A DNA stretch of 64,000 bases from Podarcis vaucheri (lineage: Eukaryota). The translations under genes and the position numbers were made by a program. Every line of letters starts with the position of its first letter. Position 1 is the first letter of the stretch. The notes under the pieces were generated by a model that ran no database searches, was not told the DNA's origin, and worked only from the letters and a program-made list of their open reading frames with translations. Of this stretch, positions 38,601-50,600 are shown one piece after another. The stretch lies in the NCBI GenBank assembly GCA_965113315.1, contig OZ220379.1; one strand, given 5' to 3'.

Positions 38601-41600
38601 TACCCAGGAGCCAGAAACAGAGGATACAGATGCTCATCAGGCAATGTCCTAGTCCAACTCAAGATTTTTTTTATTTTAAAATATGCCAGTGGGAGTCAAT
38701 GGGTATCTTGGGTTGATGGAGTTACTTAGGAGCGTACTGCCACCGGAACACTCCAGCCTGCACCAATTTTGGCTTGCCATACTAGAAGCAGCATACAGAT
38801 TTCTGCCCAGGCAGCTCCTGACCAACTGAGTGGGGAACAATTTTGGCCTGGCAGGTCAGATCTTTATCTGTCCCCATTCCACAGTCACTTGCTGAAAATG
38901 AAAACTGTTATGTACTGAAGTTCTCACCCTGGGCCAGCAGGGGGATACTGTAGATAGTTATGCAAATGAAGGATCGAAAAGTGATGTTCAGTGATTGGAT
39001 AGTTTTAGAAAATGGCAACAGTTGCATTGTTCTGGAGCTCTATATAAGCAGGCTGACTGAGCTCCTCAGCCTAGTTCTGTTCTGGCATCTGAATAAAGAA
39101 GAGCTGTTTAAAGAATCGCTATGTCGTCTGACATGTTCGCCCACAACTTAACAAAAACAATGTTGGAGCATGAAGCACCTCAGAGAGGTGGTCATTGCAA
39201 AGGTGTGGAATGCCCTGCCACCTACCCCTGCACCACAGCAGGTCTTAAAGCACAGGTAAAGGGACCCCTGACCATTAGGTTCAGTCACGGATGACTCTGG
39301 GGTTGCGGTGCTCATCTCACTTTATTGGCTGAGGGAGCCGGCGTACAGTTTCCAGGTCATGTGGCCAGCATGACTAAGCTGCTTCTGGCGAACCAGAGCA
39401 GTTTACCTTCCTGCTGTTTACCTTCCCGCCGGAGCGGTACCTATGTATCTAGCACAGGTAGGCTAGTATATTTCACATCTTTGGGACACATTACTTCAGA
39501 CTTCCAACGTCACTGTGAGCACTTTTAGTGTGAATCTCTGTAAAAATCGGAGTTCCAAAACACGAAGGAAGCCTCCACAGATGAACACAGAATTTGCCCT
39601 AAGCATAGCTTGCTTAGTCAGTAGAGCACAACACTCTTAATCTCAGCGTTGTGGGTTTGAGATCACATTGGGCAAAATATTCCTGCAATGCAGGGGTTTG
39701 AGCTAAATGGTCCTCAGTCCCTTCCAACTCTACAATTCTATGATTCTGTGATCTATGATTACTACACTGCATGTCACACGCTACCTCCCTTTTTTTCTTA
39801 TCCTATATTACCCCCTTCCAAGCTTTTGTTCTCTCCACATCCTTTTTGTACCCCCTTTTTCTTCTTCTAATCTATTCCTCTCCCTGCACCCCATTTCTAT
39901 CCCCCCCATCCCTATTCCGTCCCACTAAGTTTAGGGACAACAGCACACAAAATTTCTCCTTTCCAAGCAATGCACACCAGACACAGGTGAGCCATGCAAC
40001 ATTGTTAGCTGGCAGCAATAAGATGAAAATAAATGGCACTAATTCCACCATATACTTCTAAATCCAGCGAGATTAAAAGCTCTACAGATACCGTCGTACC
40101 TTGGAAGTCAAACGGAATCCATTCCAGAAGTCCGTTCAACTTCCAAAACGTTTGAAAACCAATTGGCGTCTTCTGATTGGTGTCAGGAAGTTCCTGCAGC
40201 CAATCAGAAGCCACAGAAAAAGAACATTTGCAAACCTGAACAATCAAAATGTCTGAGTTCCAGGGCGTTCGGGATCCAAGGTACGACTGTATAGTGAAGC
40301 AAGTAGGATTAGATAGATGGTGCTACATAGACATAAAAAAGCAATGAAAACAACAGGCATTCCAACTCCCCCCAGAAAACTGCAACAGATGGGAAAAGGT
40401 CACAATTTGCCCCCATGGGCCTTTATCCTGTGGAGGCTTGGACTAGACTCTAAAGAAGAAATCATGATGAATAGCTATGAGCGAAATACCCTTTTCAGCA
40501 GAGGCACGGTCGGATTGGGAGGGGCAGACAAGGTTCCCCACTCCAATTCTGGCTATTCAGCACTTTGGCTGATGATTGTACAGGCCTCTTTTAAGCCTTC
40601 CAAAAATCATGTTACATTTCTTACAATTGCTCAAGAGTTGCATGACACTTTGCAACTGTCTCTTTTTATCATGATGAAATATTCCCATTTTGCCAGTAAC
40701 GTTTTATTGAGGTTCCATCTTTCAAAAAATATTAATATTACAGTAATTTCTTCTACAATATGATTTTAATTTAATCAAGGTATAGAAAATTGAATTAATA
40801 AATAGGCTAGGTAAAAGTTAAGAACGAAATGTATTAAAGTTAATTAATGCTCGAAGCTAGAGTTATGTTTCTTTCAATTGGACCTATTAAAGGGGGCTTT
40901 AATATAGATTTGCACAGCAAGCCAAAGATTTTCAAGTGGAGATAATGAGGCAGCTAGTACTGTTTTAACCCCTCTGGAGTATAATTGGTTGATAAGGTTT
41001 TGAAAGATTACAAGGTCTAGGACAAAAAGATTAGCTTTAGTCTCTTCAGATCAAAACTGAAAGCTAATTAAATAACAGTGCTATAAAAAAGAAGGTAAAG
41101 GTTTACTGTACTTTTATTCATCCTTAATTTTCATCTCCCGAGAAAAAACAAATGAGCATATTTTCTTTACATTTTATTTTGAGACTACTGTGTGGACTAC
41201 ACAGGAGGAACAAGATTTACATTGTCACCTGAGATAGTATTAAAGCCACCAACAGACATGGACAAACGTAAAATGTGGACATGATAATTTCTGTGTCACC
41301 AGGAATTCTTTGTATCACAAAGGCACTGTGTAGTCATTTTGACTTTTTTATATTGGATCAGATTGCTACTATTCATGTTTGATGCTTTATTATGTTTTTA
41401 TACATGTTGGAAGCTGCCCTGAATTGTTGTTGTTGTTTTGGGCACAAACATTGCTGCCATTTATATGTTCCATGGTTCGCTTATTGCATTTATTGATGGA
41501 GACACACAGCTTAGCAATGGTTAGGGTCTTTTGCATAGATTAAAAATGTGCAGTCTGAACTAATCCTAAAAGGGAAAACCTTTGAAGAGGTCAGAGTCAA

Positions 41601-44600
41601 AGGTATGGGTAGGGCTTTATTTAGTATTGTGTATGGGAACAGAGTGTAGGACTCAACAAAGCCAGATCCAAATTCAAACCTTTAGGCAGTCCCAAAGCTC
41701 AATGGGTGGCCTTTAGGCCATTTTACAGGTCTTCATAGGTATAAAATAGGATAAAAACAGCTAACAATAACAATGCAATGGTTACAATCTGCACATATAT
41801 ATGTAGTATTTTCTGCTAGAGGAAAGCCAATGCCTCTCCAGAGAAACACAATTTGATGCATGCCAACATAATTTTTTTCCAAACGCCAACTTCGATTCCA
41901 ACACACACACATCACTGATTTCCAGATGATTCCAGTGTAAGCAGTGTGGATTAGCACCAGTTTCAAGTATGTGATTACCTGTATTAAACTAATTAACATT
42001 AACAAGCCCTGAAACCAATTCACAGAACTTAACGCCATACCACATATTACATTCCCTCCATTGGTTTTCTGATCTGTGTGCCTGCAATGATGACACATAG
42101 TCTTCGCAACTGTGCAAACACTAAAGCTCATGATTTTGCAAGCACAGAGATTGAACTACAGGTCTTTTTTTAAAAAACACCCACCCACAAAATTAGTATT
42201 TCAAGATCTAAATATGTGTTCATTTTAAAGTTAAAAAATAAATAAAAGATGTTTCCATTTATTTATTTTGAGATTTATAACCTACTCTATCCCAAGGGCT
42301 CAGGGCAGTTTTCTGTTGAAAAATGAGAAACTGATTTTAATGATTTTGCTAACCCACATGTCAAGACGACCAAATGGCAGTTCACAAATAACAAATGCTA
42401 ATTAGCTACCCAAAAGATGTAACAGAATATTCATCATGAACTGTGGGTCAGCATACATATACAATGTAGTATTCCTAATGCTACTAGATATAACCCAATC
42501 TTCTGTACTACACCTTCGGAACAAATCTTTCCTCACCAATTGCTACAATTATAACCAACAGTTAGATGAAATTAATTTGAAAAATATTAAAACTACCAGA
42601 AATGCAGAAACTACCAGAACAAATGAAAGCCAGTTCCTACAAAGCTGCAGTTAGCATTCCAGTTCCCTACACCGGGTGACTATCATCTCAAGGAAGAACA
42701 TCAGCTCAGGGGAATTAGTAAGTGAGTGCACATCCAGAGCTAATATGAAGCATGTAAAAGAGAAGAAGATCCAAGCTGATAACATCCTCTCTTGTTTAAC
42801 CTAACAATTCCTAATAAGCACCCAGTTATTATAATAATTGTTGTTTCAGCTAATGGACATGAATCCAGGAGCAGCTGACACAGTACCCTCCATATATTGT
42901 TAAATTACAACTCTTATTGTTGTCTAAGCTGGCTAGAGCTGATGAAAGCTGGGGTCCGACAACATCTGCAGAACACAACACTGGTGACCTCTGCACTACT
43001 TGCTACCAACATCATGGGTGTCTTGTTTCTCCACAAACTAACTGCTGTTCTCTCTGTCATTAGAGAGACAACGATAGTTCAGGATGTTAAGGCACAAGGT
43101 GTCACTATCTATAGTGGCTGCAGGTTGTCTCCAGGTACAACCACAGTTTTCCACCAGCAACCTATACAATTGCACCCAACTGTAGCAGCAATAGTTCTGA
43201 ATCAGGGAGACCCAGACTGAGACCTCTGCTTAGCTACAAAGCTCACTAGGTGACCATGAGCCAGACACTCACCCCCTCTTTTTTCTCTTAGCCTTATCTA
43301 CCTGAGAAATAATCTCAGGATAAAAACCAGGAAAGTCATGCATGCTACTGAGCATCCTGGAAAAGAGGTGAAATGAAAATAAAAAAGAAGACAAAGTGTC
43401 TTACTGGATTTTGGTAAACCAGTGCCTCCAAGTGGGTAGGCCTAGGCTGTGTATATGGATGAGAATTAGTCAAGTGTATCTCAAACAGCCAATTGTACAG
43501 GATGCACATGAGGCAAAAGTGGCATTGCCCCATGTGGTTGACAAACAACTAGCTGCACAGCTGATTAATGTAAACCTGCATTAATTGAAGAGGTCACTTG
43601 AAAGACATGATGTGGGAAAATATCCTTAGTATTTGATGGTTTCATAAACATGGTATAAGTAGAGAATAAAGACAGAAAAATCAAGATAAGCAACTCTTTT
43701 AATGGTTTTTGAGTAGATCTTCTGCTGCATCCAAGTGGCCAAGCTCAGCACTGACAGGTTTTCTGAAAGCTGAATGCTTGTAACAGAGAAAAATGTACTT
43801 ACTCAAAGACGTATATTAGTTTTTATGTGTCCACCGCTTCTTTCGCTACTGTGATCTGACAATTAGTATGTTTGTGTTTAAGGCTTATTAAGGAATTGCC
43901 TAAGGAGGAATCTAAGCCTGCAATTCTATACCCACTTTCTCAGAAGTAAATCCCATTGAACAGATTTACTTCCGTATAAACATGCTCAAATCACTATTAT
44001 CTGAAACAGATACAAATAATAAATGAAAATATTGCTCCAAAACAACTGCCACCAATTAGAACTCTCCACCCACCCCAACAACCCATCCCCTCCAACCACA
44101 TGCACCCCTCGTTCCAATGGCTATACACAAAAAATAAGCACACAAACAAAAATAAGAATCCACTTCCCACACACACAACCCTAATACCCCAACAAACCAA
44201 TAAACTTTACACCCAACACAAGCACCATGAAGGTGCTTGACACAGTCTCATTGACCCACCCCTATCACAAGCAAAAGGGGGAGATGGCCTGTTCTCAGAC
44301 AAGGCCATCCATGCCAGCTGAGACACAGGACCAACCGGCTGGGAGCCAAATGGTCCAAGCTAACAAACAACTATATAACAAACAAACTAACACCTATATA
44401 ACTACATATAGGCTACTTTCTATAACCTGCCCCCCAATCTTCAGCCCACCCCTAACTCTTAACCCCCTCTTCCCCCACCCACCACACTATATGCCAGCAC
44501 AACACACTAGGTTTGATAGACAATATAAGGTGAGAAACACAGGACAACCCAGACGGGTTGGCAGGGAATCATCCTATAAAATAGACATGCAAAATGTCTA

Positions 44601-47600
44601 GCTTAAAAGCAATTACATTAAACGTGAGGAGATTGGGAAATCCTGCCAAAAGAAAATGCATCACCTCATACATAAACACCATGAAACTACACATTGCCTA
44701 CCTGCAGGTGGTACTTAACACCACAGAAACTGGCGCTGATATGCCCAGGAACCTCACCAAGATGTTAGAGAGGCTGTACCTCCACAGGCACATACCTCCA
44801 CATGTGGTAGGAATGCCCTAAAATCCAACCCTTCTGGACAGCAGTCCTACAAGAGATATGCAAAATAACTAAACAGGTACAGTGGTACCTCATGTTAAGT
44901 ACTTAATTCGTTCCGGAGGTCCGTACTTAACCTGAAGCACCATTTTAGCTAATGGGGCCTCCTGTTGCCGCTACGCTGCCGGAGCACGATTTCTGTTCTC
45001 ATCCTGAAGCAAAGTTCTTAACCTGAAGCACTATTTCTGGGTTAGCGGAGTCTGTAACCTGAAGCGTATGTAACCTGAAGCGTATGTAACCTGAGGTACC
45101 ACTGTATTAGAACTCACCCCAGAACTGGCCCTACTGAACATCTTCCATGATCATAATGATCACTCACATTATACAGAGCGTATAACCCACCTACTCTCAG
45201 CAGCCAGAAACCTCTTAGCCAGACACTGGAGAGACCTGTCGGGCATAAACATGGACCAAGGTATCAAACTGTATGGGAAATGGCCTAACTAGAAATGCTA
45301 ATCAATAAACTGAAACTGACACGGGGACAAATACAAGAGGACACCTTCACCCAAGTATGGCACCCCATTATCACATACACAGCCCAACAAGACAACAACA
45401 GGAATCCACCAACAGCATACGAATCAATCTGGCTTACCTGACCCAACAAGCCCTCCCCCCTCACAAATGCAAACAAACCCCACTGCAGACAACCACAGAC
45501 ATCCAACCACACCCTGCCCCCCAATACCTCTCACTACCAAGGAAATGCAATAAACAGATAGAAAGAGAACCTACCCAGCTGACACTGACACAAAACCCCA
45601 CATGTACACTATACAAAATAATATAAGCCTCACCACCCCACTCCACCTCTCCCCCCTCTTCTTCCCCAACCTTATACTGTACTCAACACTAATGTCTCAC
45701 AACAAACGTAACTGATTTGTAAGAAAGGCTATACAACCTGAAAAAAGAGACAAGGTATGTACCTTTGCAAACCAAGAAAATCTTTAATAAAAATATATTT
45801 TTAAAAACAATGACAGCTAGTTTTACAGGAGCTGTGCCTTGAAGAATTAGAGTGAAATGCTCTCGCCAACTTCATCAACTGCTACACTTTGTTCATCTCT
45901 AGGTTGAAAACTGGGAATGAAAAGTTGGAAACTGGAAACAATATAGAAATACAGTAGGGTTCAGGGAGCTGGATAAGCTCCAGGGTCCTCTAGTAGCTCT
46001 TTACACTTTAGGAAACAGAACTCGAACAATAGGGATTAAGCCAAATTAGAAGAAGCAACATTATTCTCACCTGTTAGTTTAAATATAACACTAACCTGTT
46101 CCAATGTCTGTATTTTGTCGTCTTTAACTTGCAAAATTTCTAAAACCTTCCTGTCCTTGAGTTCAGCTTTCTGCTTTTCTCTAGAAACAACAAAAATATA
46201 TTGACACTTATTAGTCATAATTTGCTGCTAATCATTTGAATTTTTCATGTCCTGATAATGAATGTCATTTTAAAGCATGGGAAATTAAATTATCTGAGGC
46301 TGACAGCCCTTGCAGTATTAATCATGGAACATATGGCAAGTGACAGCAAATTTTATCTGCAAACAACTAAGACAACTTTATTCTAAATGAAGCAGCATTT
46401 ATGATACCAAGACTAGATATGCTTACTTTGAAAAAAAGATATATGGAGTATCTTGCAAATGAAGCCTTTTTTATGAGCACTCCCCCACTTCCTCATTATT
46501 GATATCAAATAAAATCTGGGTTTCATTTTAGGGATATAAAAAGAGCAACAAATTGAGGACCATCGCCATTTCCCCACTGGTAAATGCAAAAGTTCTATTG
46601 TGCTAAAACCGTCAACAATTGGTAAATTCAGGGCTGAGATGTTTCATTCCCTAATGATTTATTCTCCTCGGTCAAGTTCCAAATTGGCAACCATCCCAAC
46701 CTGTGTATCATAACTTCAACTAGGATGATAATATGGGAACAGAAAGAGAAAACAAATGGTGCCAGCTTCTCAGCTGCATTCATCAGGTTTGCTGGTTTAC
46801 TCTTCATTTAGTTACTGCAACTTGTTTATACAGTTCTTAAACAAATCCTGCAATCAATTGTGCCTCAGGAGTTTTGATTTAGTTGTGGGTAATGTTTGGA
46901 GAAAATGTAAAAATTTCCAAATGAAGACTGGCCAGCTGGACAAAGAGCATCTCCACCTTCACAGTTGTCATTTCTCACCTCGCAGTTGGGAAGCAACAGT
47001 TTTAGAGACCCAGTCAGTTCACTGATAGAATCGGAAAGCTGCAGAGTTGGAAGGGACCCAAAGGGACATCTAGCCCAGCCCCCTGGGGATGCAAGAAGGG
47101 TCATCTTCTGGCTGAGGGGGAAATGTGCAAACAAGGATGGGTTTTTTAGTCTGAGAAGCCAAACCCTCAGTCAAGCACCAATGAGAGATTTTAAAAAATA
47201 TATATTCTGGAACCTGAATGACTTAGCCAGTGAGATTCTAGTGTTTCCAGCTGAAGAAAGTGGTCATTGCTGTTCTAAAACACTGAGTTTACTCAACACA
47301 TACATACTCAATATACAATACAGAAAGACTAAAACCACACACATTTGCCTTTTATTCAGTAGATTTGGACCAGAGAGCTTTAGCAACCACATCTTTTATT
47401 CCAGTAAAGATTGATATATCATCCTACACCTTTTCTTGGCTTGGTGATGTCATTGCTTTCCAAAGTATATAGCAATAGGATAAAATATTATTATTTATAA
47501 AGCACCTACAATAAGTGGAAAGAGGGCATGGAAAGAGTAAGATAATTAACTGCATTAATTAAAAATGAATGCACTGGTATACCTAGTGAACCCTGACTTA

Positions 47601-50600
47601 GCAACTTTTGCCATTATGAAGGGTAACTGACAACGGTGTGTTGAAAAATGAAAGGTGATCAAAGGAGCGCCAAAAACTCCATCAACAGTTGGAATCTGTA
47701 AGCAGACAAAAAGTAGTAGATGTGGGTACAGTATCTGTCCCTCACACAAAAGTGAAACCAGAAGGAAAAAAATTGAAAAGATGCACAAAGTGGCCAACCC
47801 TTGAAGAGGCACAGAAAAAGCATCCTCATCTGGAGTGTATGTTGGTTCTTCATACAAGGCTTTATACAAGTCTGTTCCAAGCCCAACCTCTAGGGAACGA
47901 TGCTGTTAAGTCCTCCTAAGCTTCACATACTTCAATGAGAAAGTTCTTTCTGTTTCTTATTTTTAAACAAGAGGTGTATACATTTTAAGAAATAAATAAT
48001 AAATAAGGGTATACTTATTATTTCTTTTGAAAGAGCATGCTATGACTAGACTAATCATTTGGGGAAATAGTGTTACATAGGAGCCATAATAAATGTGATG
48101 GTCACCGGATGAATGCCTCATTGGCTTAAATTAATAATAATCCTAGAATTGTAATTTACTGCTGCAAAGTCTCTGCCATCCTATTCCTTCTAACTCCAAT
48201 TTCTGGCCTATTTTGTCTCTTGCACACATGATCTCTCTCGCTTTCATAGCAAGCAGGAGGGTGCTGTAAACCTGGAGGGCAGCAGAGAAGCCCCCTATAT
48301 GCAGCTGAGGTCTGTTGTACAAGTTGGAACACCACAATTAGATATCACTCCCAGTGTGTAACAGGGGCACAAATGACAATTCCAAGAATGTATCTACATT
48401 CCATTAAATAAAAGGGAGAAAATTAGCACCTTCTTGGGGGGGGGTGGAGAGTTCCTTCGATAAGCAGCCTTTAGTAGAGTGGTGGTTGCAGTACAAACTA
48501 AGTCAGAAATGTGCAATCATTGTATATGCTGTGTAAATGCTCCAATTTCTGCATACAGCGGGTGCGAGTAGATGCTGCAGCATAAATTAAAAACCTGGTA
48601 TAGAATTTTATCACCAGCTCCTCCTGGTGGTATAGGATAACTTCCAATACTCATTACAGGGAAGGTCCCAGAAGAGGCGCTAAGTAATATTGCTGTATGC
48701 TTCAAGCTACTAGCATATCATTGAACCCACTGCTACATTTTAAGTATGATAAACGGGAGGAAAGGGTGGAAGCAGAGGAAAGGCTTGCTTATAAAGGTAA
48801 ATGGCACAGTCGGAAAAAAATATGGTTGATTCAATTAATATACACTGTACATGCCTACAATACATTAAAAAGTGTTCGCCCAAATAAGAAAAAAACATAA
48901 TTCAGGCACTGTCAAAGAGTTGATGATGATCAATGACCGAGACAAACTCCAGTTTAGCTAATTAGAACCACTGATGAGCAATAATGATGTGAGCTAAGAA
49001 TATTTGCAGACTTCTTTAGGATGAAAAATGGAGTGAAGAGAGGCTGTCAATTTGTACAAGTTTTAAGCTCCAATCACTTTTCCCACGAGTACCGCCTATT
49101 TTAAATGTTTAACAGAGCTGTATTTAACCACATGGATTTTTCACAGTCAGTTTTCACCAGCCACCGAAAGCCAAAAAATCTGAGAAATTATACTAAACCA
49201 TTAACTAACAATTTTCTATTGCATATGGCCCACGCTATATATTATACAACATGACAGGACCATATTTTCTGGGATTTGGCCCATTTTTAATGAGTTGTCA
49301 AAAATGAAATATTGGATACGACGAGGAAGCATTTAACTACGAATGAGGTGTGAAAATAGAACCTGCAGTTTCTAAAAAACCGCAAATATTTTCAAAGGTG
49401 CCCTGCTGAAGTTTATAAAATATTATCTTTTCTATAATAAATATGCAAAGCAGTGGTGTTGAAGAGAAATTATGGGCAGGAGGACAAATAGAGATCTGTG
49501 GTGGAAATCAATTAAACTTGTTCATAACATAAAGTGAAACACAGAGAAGTCAAAAGCTATGCTATTTCATATTACTGTAGCAAAAGTGTAAGTGATAAAA
49601 GACAGTGGCTACAACCCAACGAGGCGCCAACAAGTGTAGAAGGATTTGTTTGTAATTTCTCTCCAGAAGCCCCCTCTGAACTGAAAAGCTGCATTTTGAA
49701 ATGCCAACACAATGTTTGGGTTTGTCAAAGGAGGATGCTGTAGAAAGGAGTCTGAAGGCATAGGAGACAATTTGGCTTAGGCAAAGTGAGTGTGGTCTTG
49801 AGCAATGCCTAGATGGGTGATGGACTGAGCCCTATGTGAGCCACTCTAGGAATACAGGAAACAACCTTACGCCAAACAAGGCTTTACCTTTTGCATAGAT
49901 CAGTTTATTCAGTTGCTCGTTGCTTTTCTCACATGTACAAACAACCCCACTTTGACAACCTCAACTGCTTTGGACTGTTCATGGCACTTCCCATTCATTT
50001 CATTGAGTCTACTCAAAACCCTGTGTTACTAGGAAACCTTCCTATTAAGATGAATGGAGGTTGTGCAGGTGAGACTTGTGAGACCATTTAAGGATACTAG
50101 AGCTCACATATACACATATGTGTTGCTTTGACTATCCTTCTCCCACCACCGTCCACAAACAGACACAAGAAACACAAGAAACTTCCCCAGTATTTCAAAA
50201 GCAGTTTACGCCATGGCAGAATCTTGCCGATGGTGCCTCCTGGTGCAGTTTACCTTGCAGAAGTGACAATATATTTCATTCTCTCCCACAGGAAATGAAG
50301 GCTGGGAGGGTCAACATTTCTCTGAACATAGGGATTTGGAAGAAAGCCTTCAGCACTTCCTGAACAGGAAGAGTGGGGGAGACAGTGAAACTGGTTGTGT
50401 TCTCTCCATCCATAATCCCACCCCACTTCAGTGACTCTGCCAGCATGGTGGGGCTTTTGTGGCATCAGCGCCTCAGCCAGGAGGTCTCAAGTATAGGGTT
50501 GCATCTAAACCTCAATACACGTTAAGATGTGTGAAAAATGGAAAACGTGAGACTGCCAAACCAAATTTTACATGCAGTTTTTGTTTTATTTAACAACCTA

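Noticed and set aside
39603-39675. Functional tRNA-Lys gene (likewise tRNA-Ile at ~8630 and tRNA-like heads at 32870, 35152, 58197)
   Set aside because: The stems are degenerate and each is fused to a SINE body or tail.
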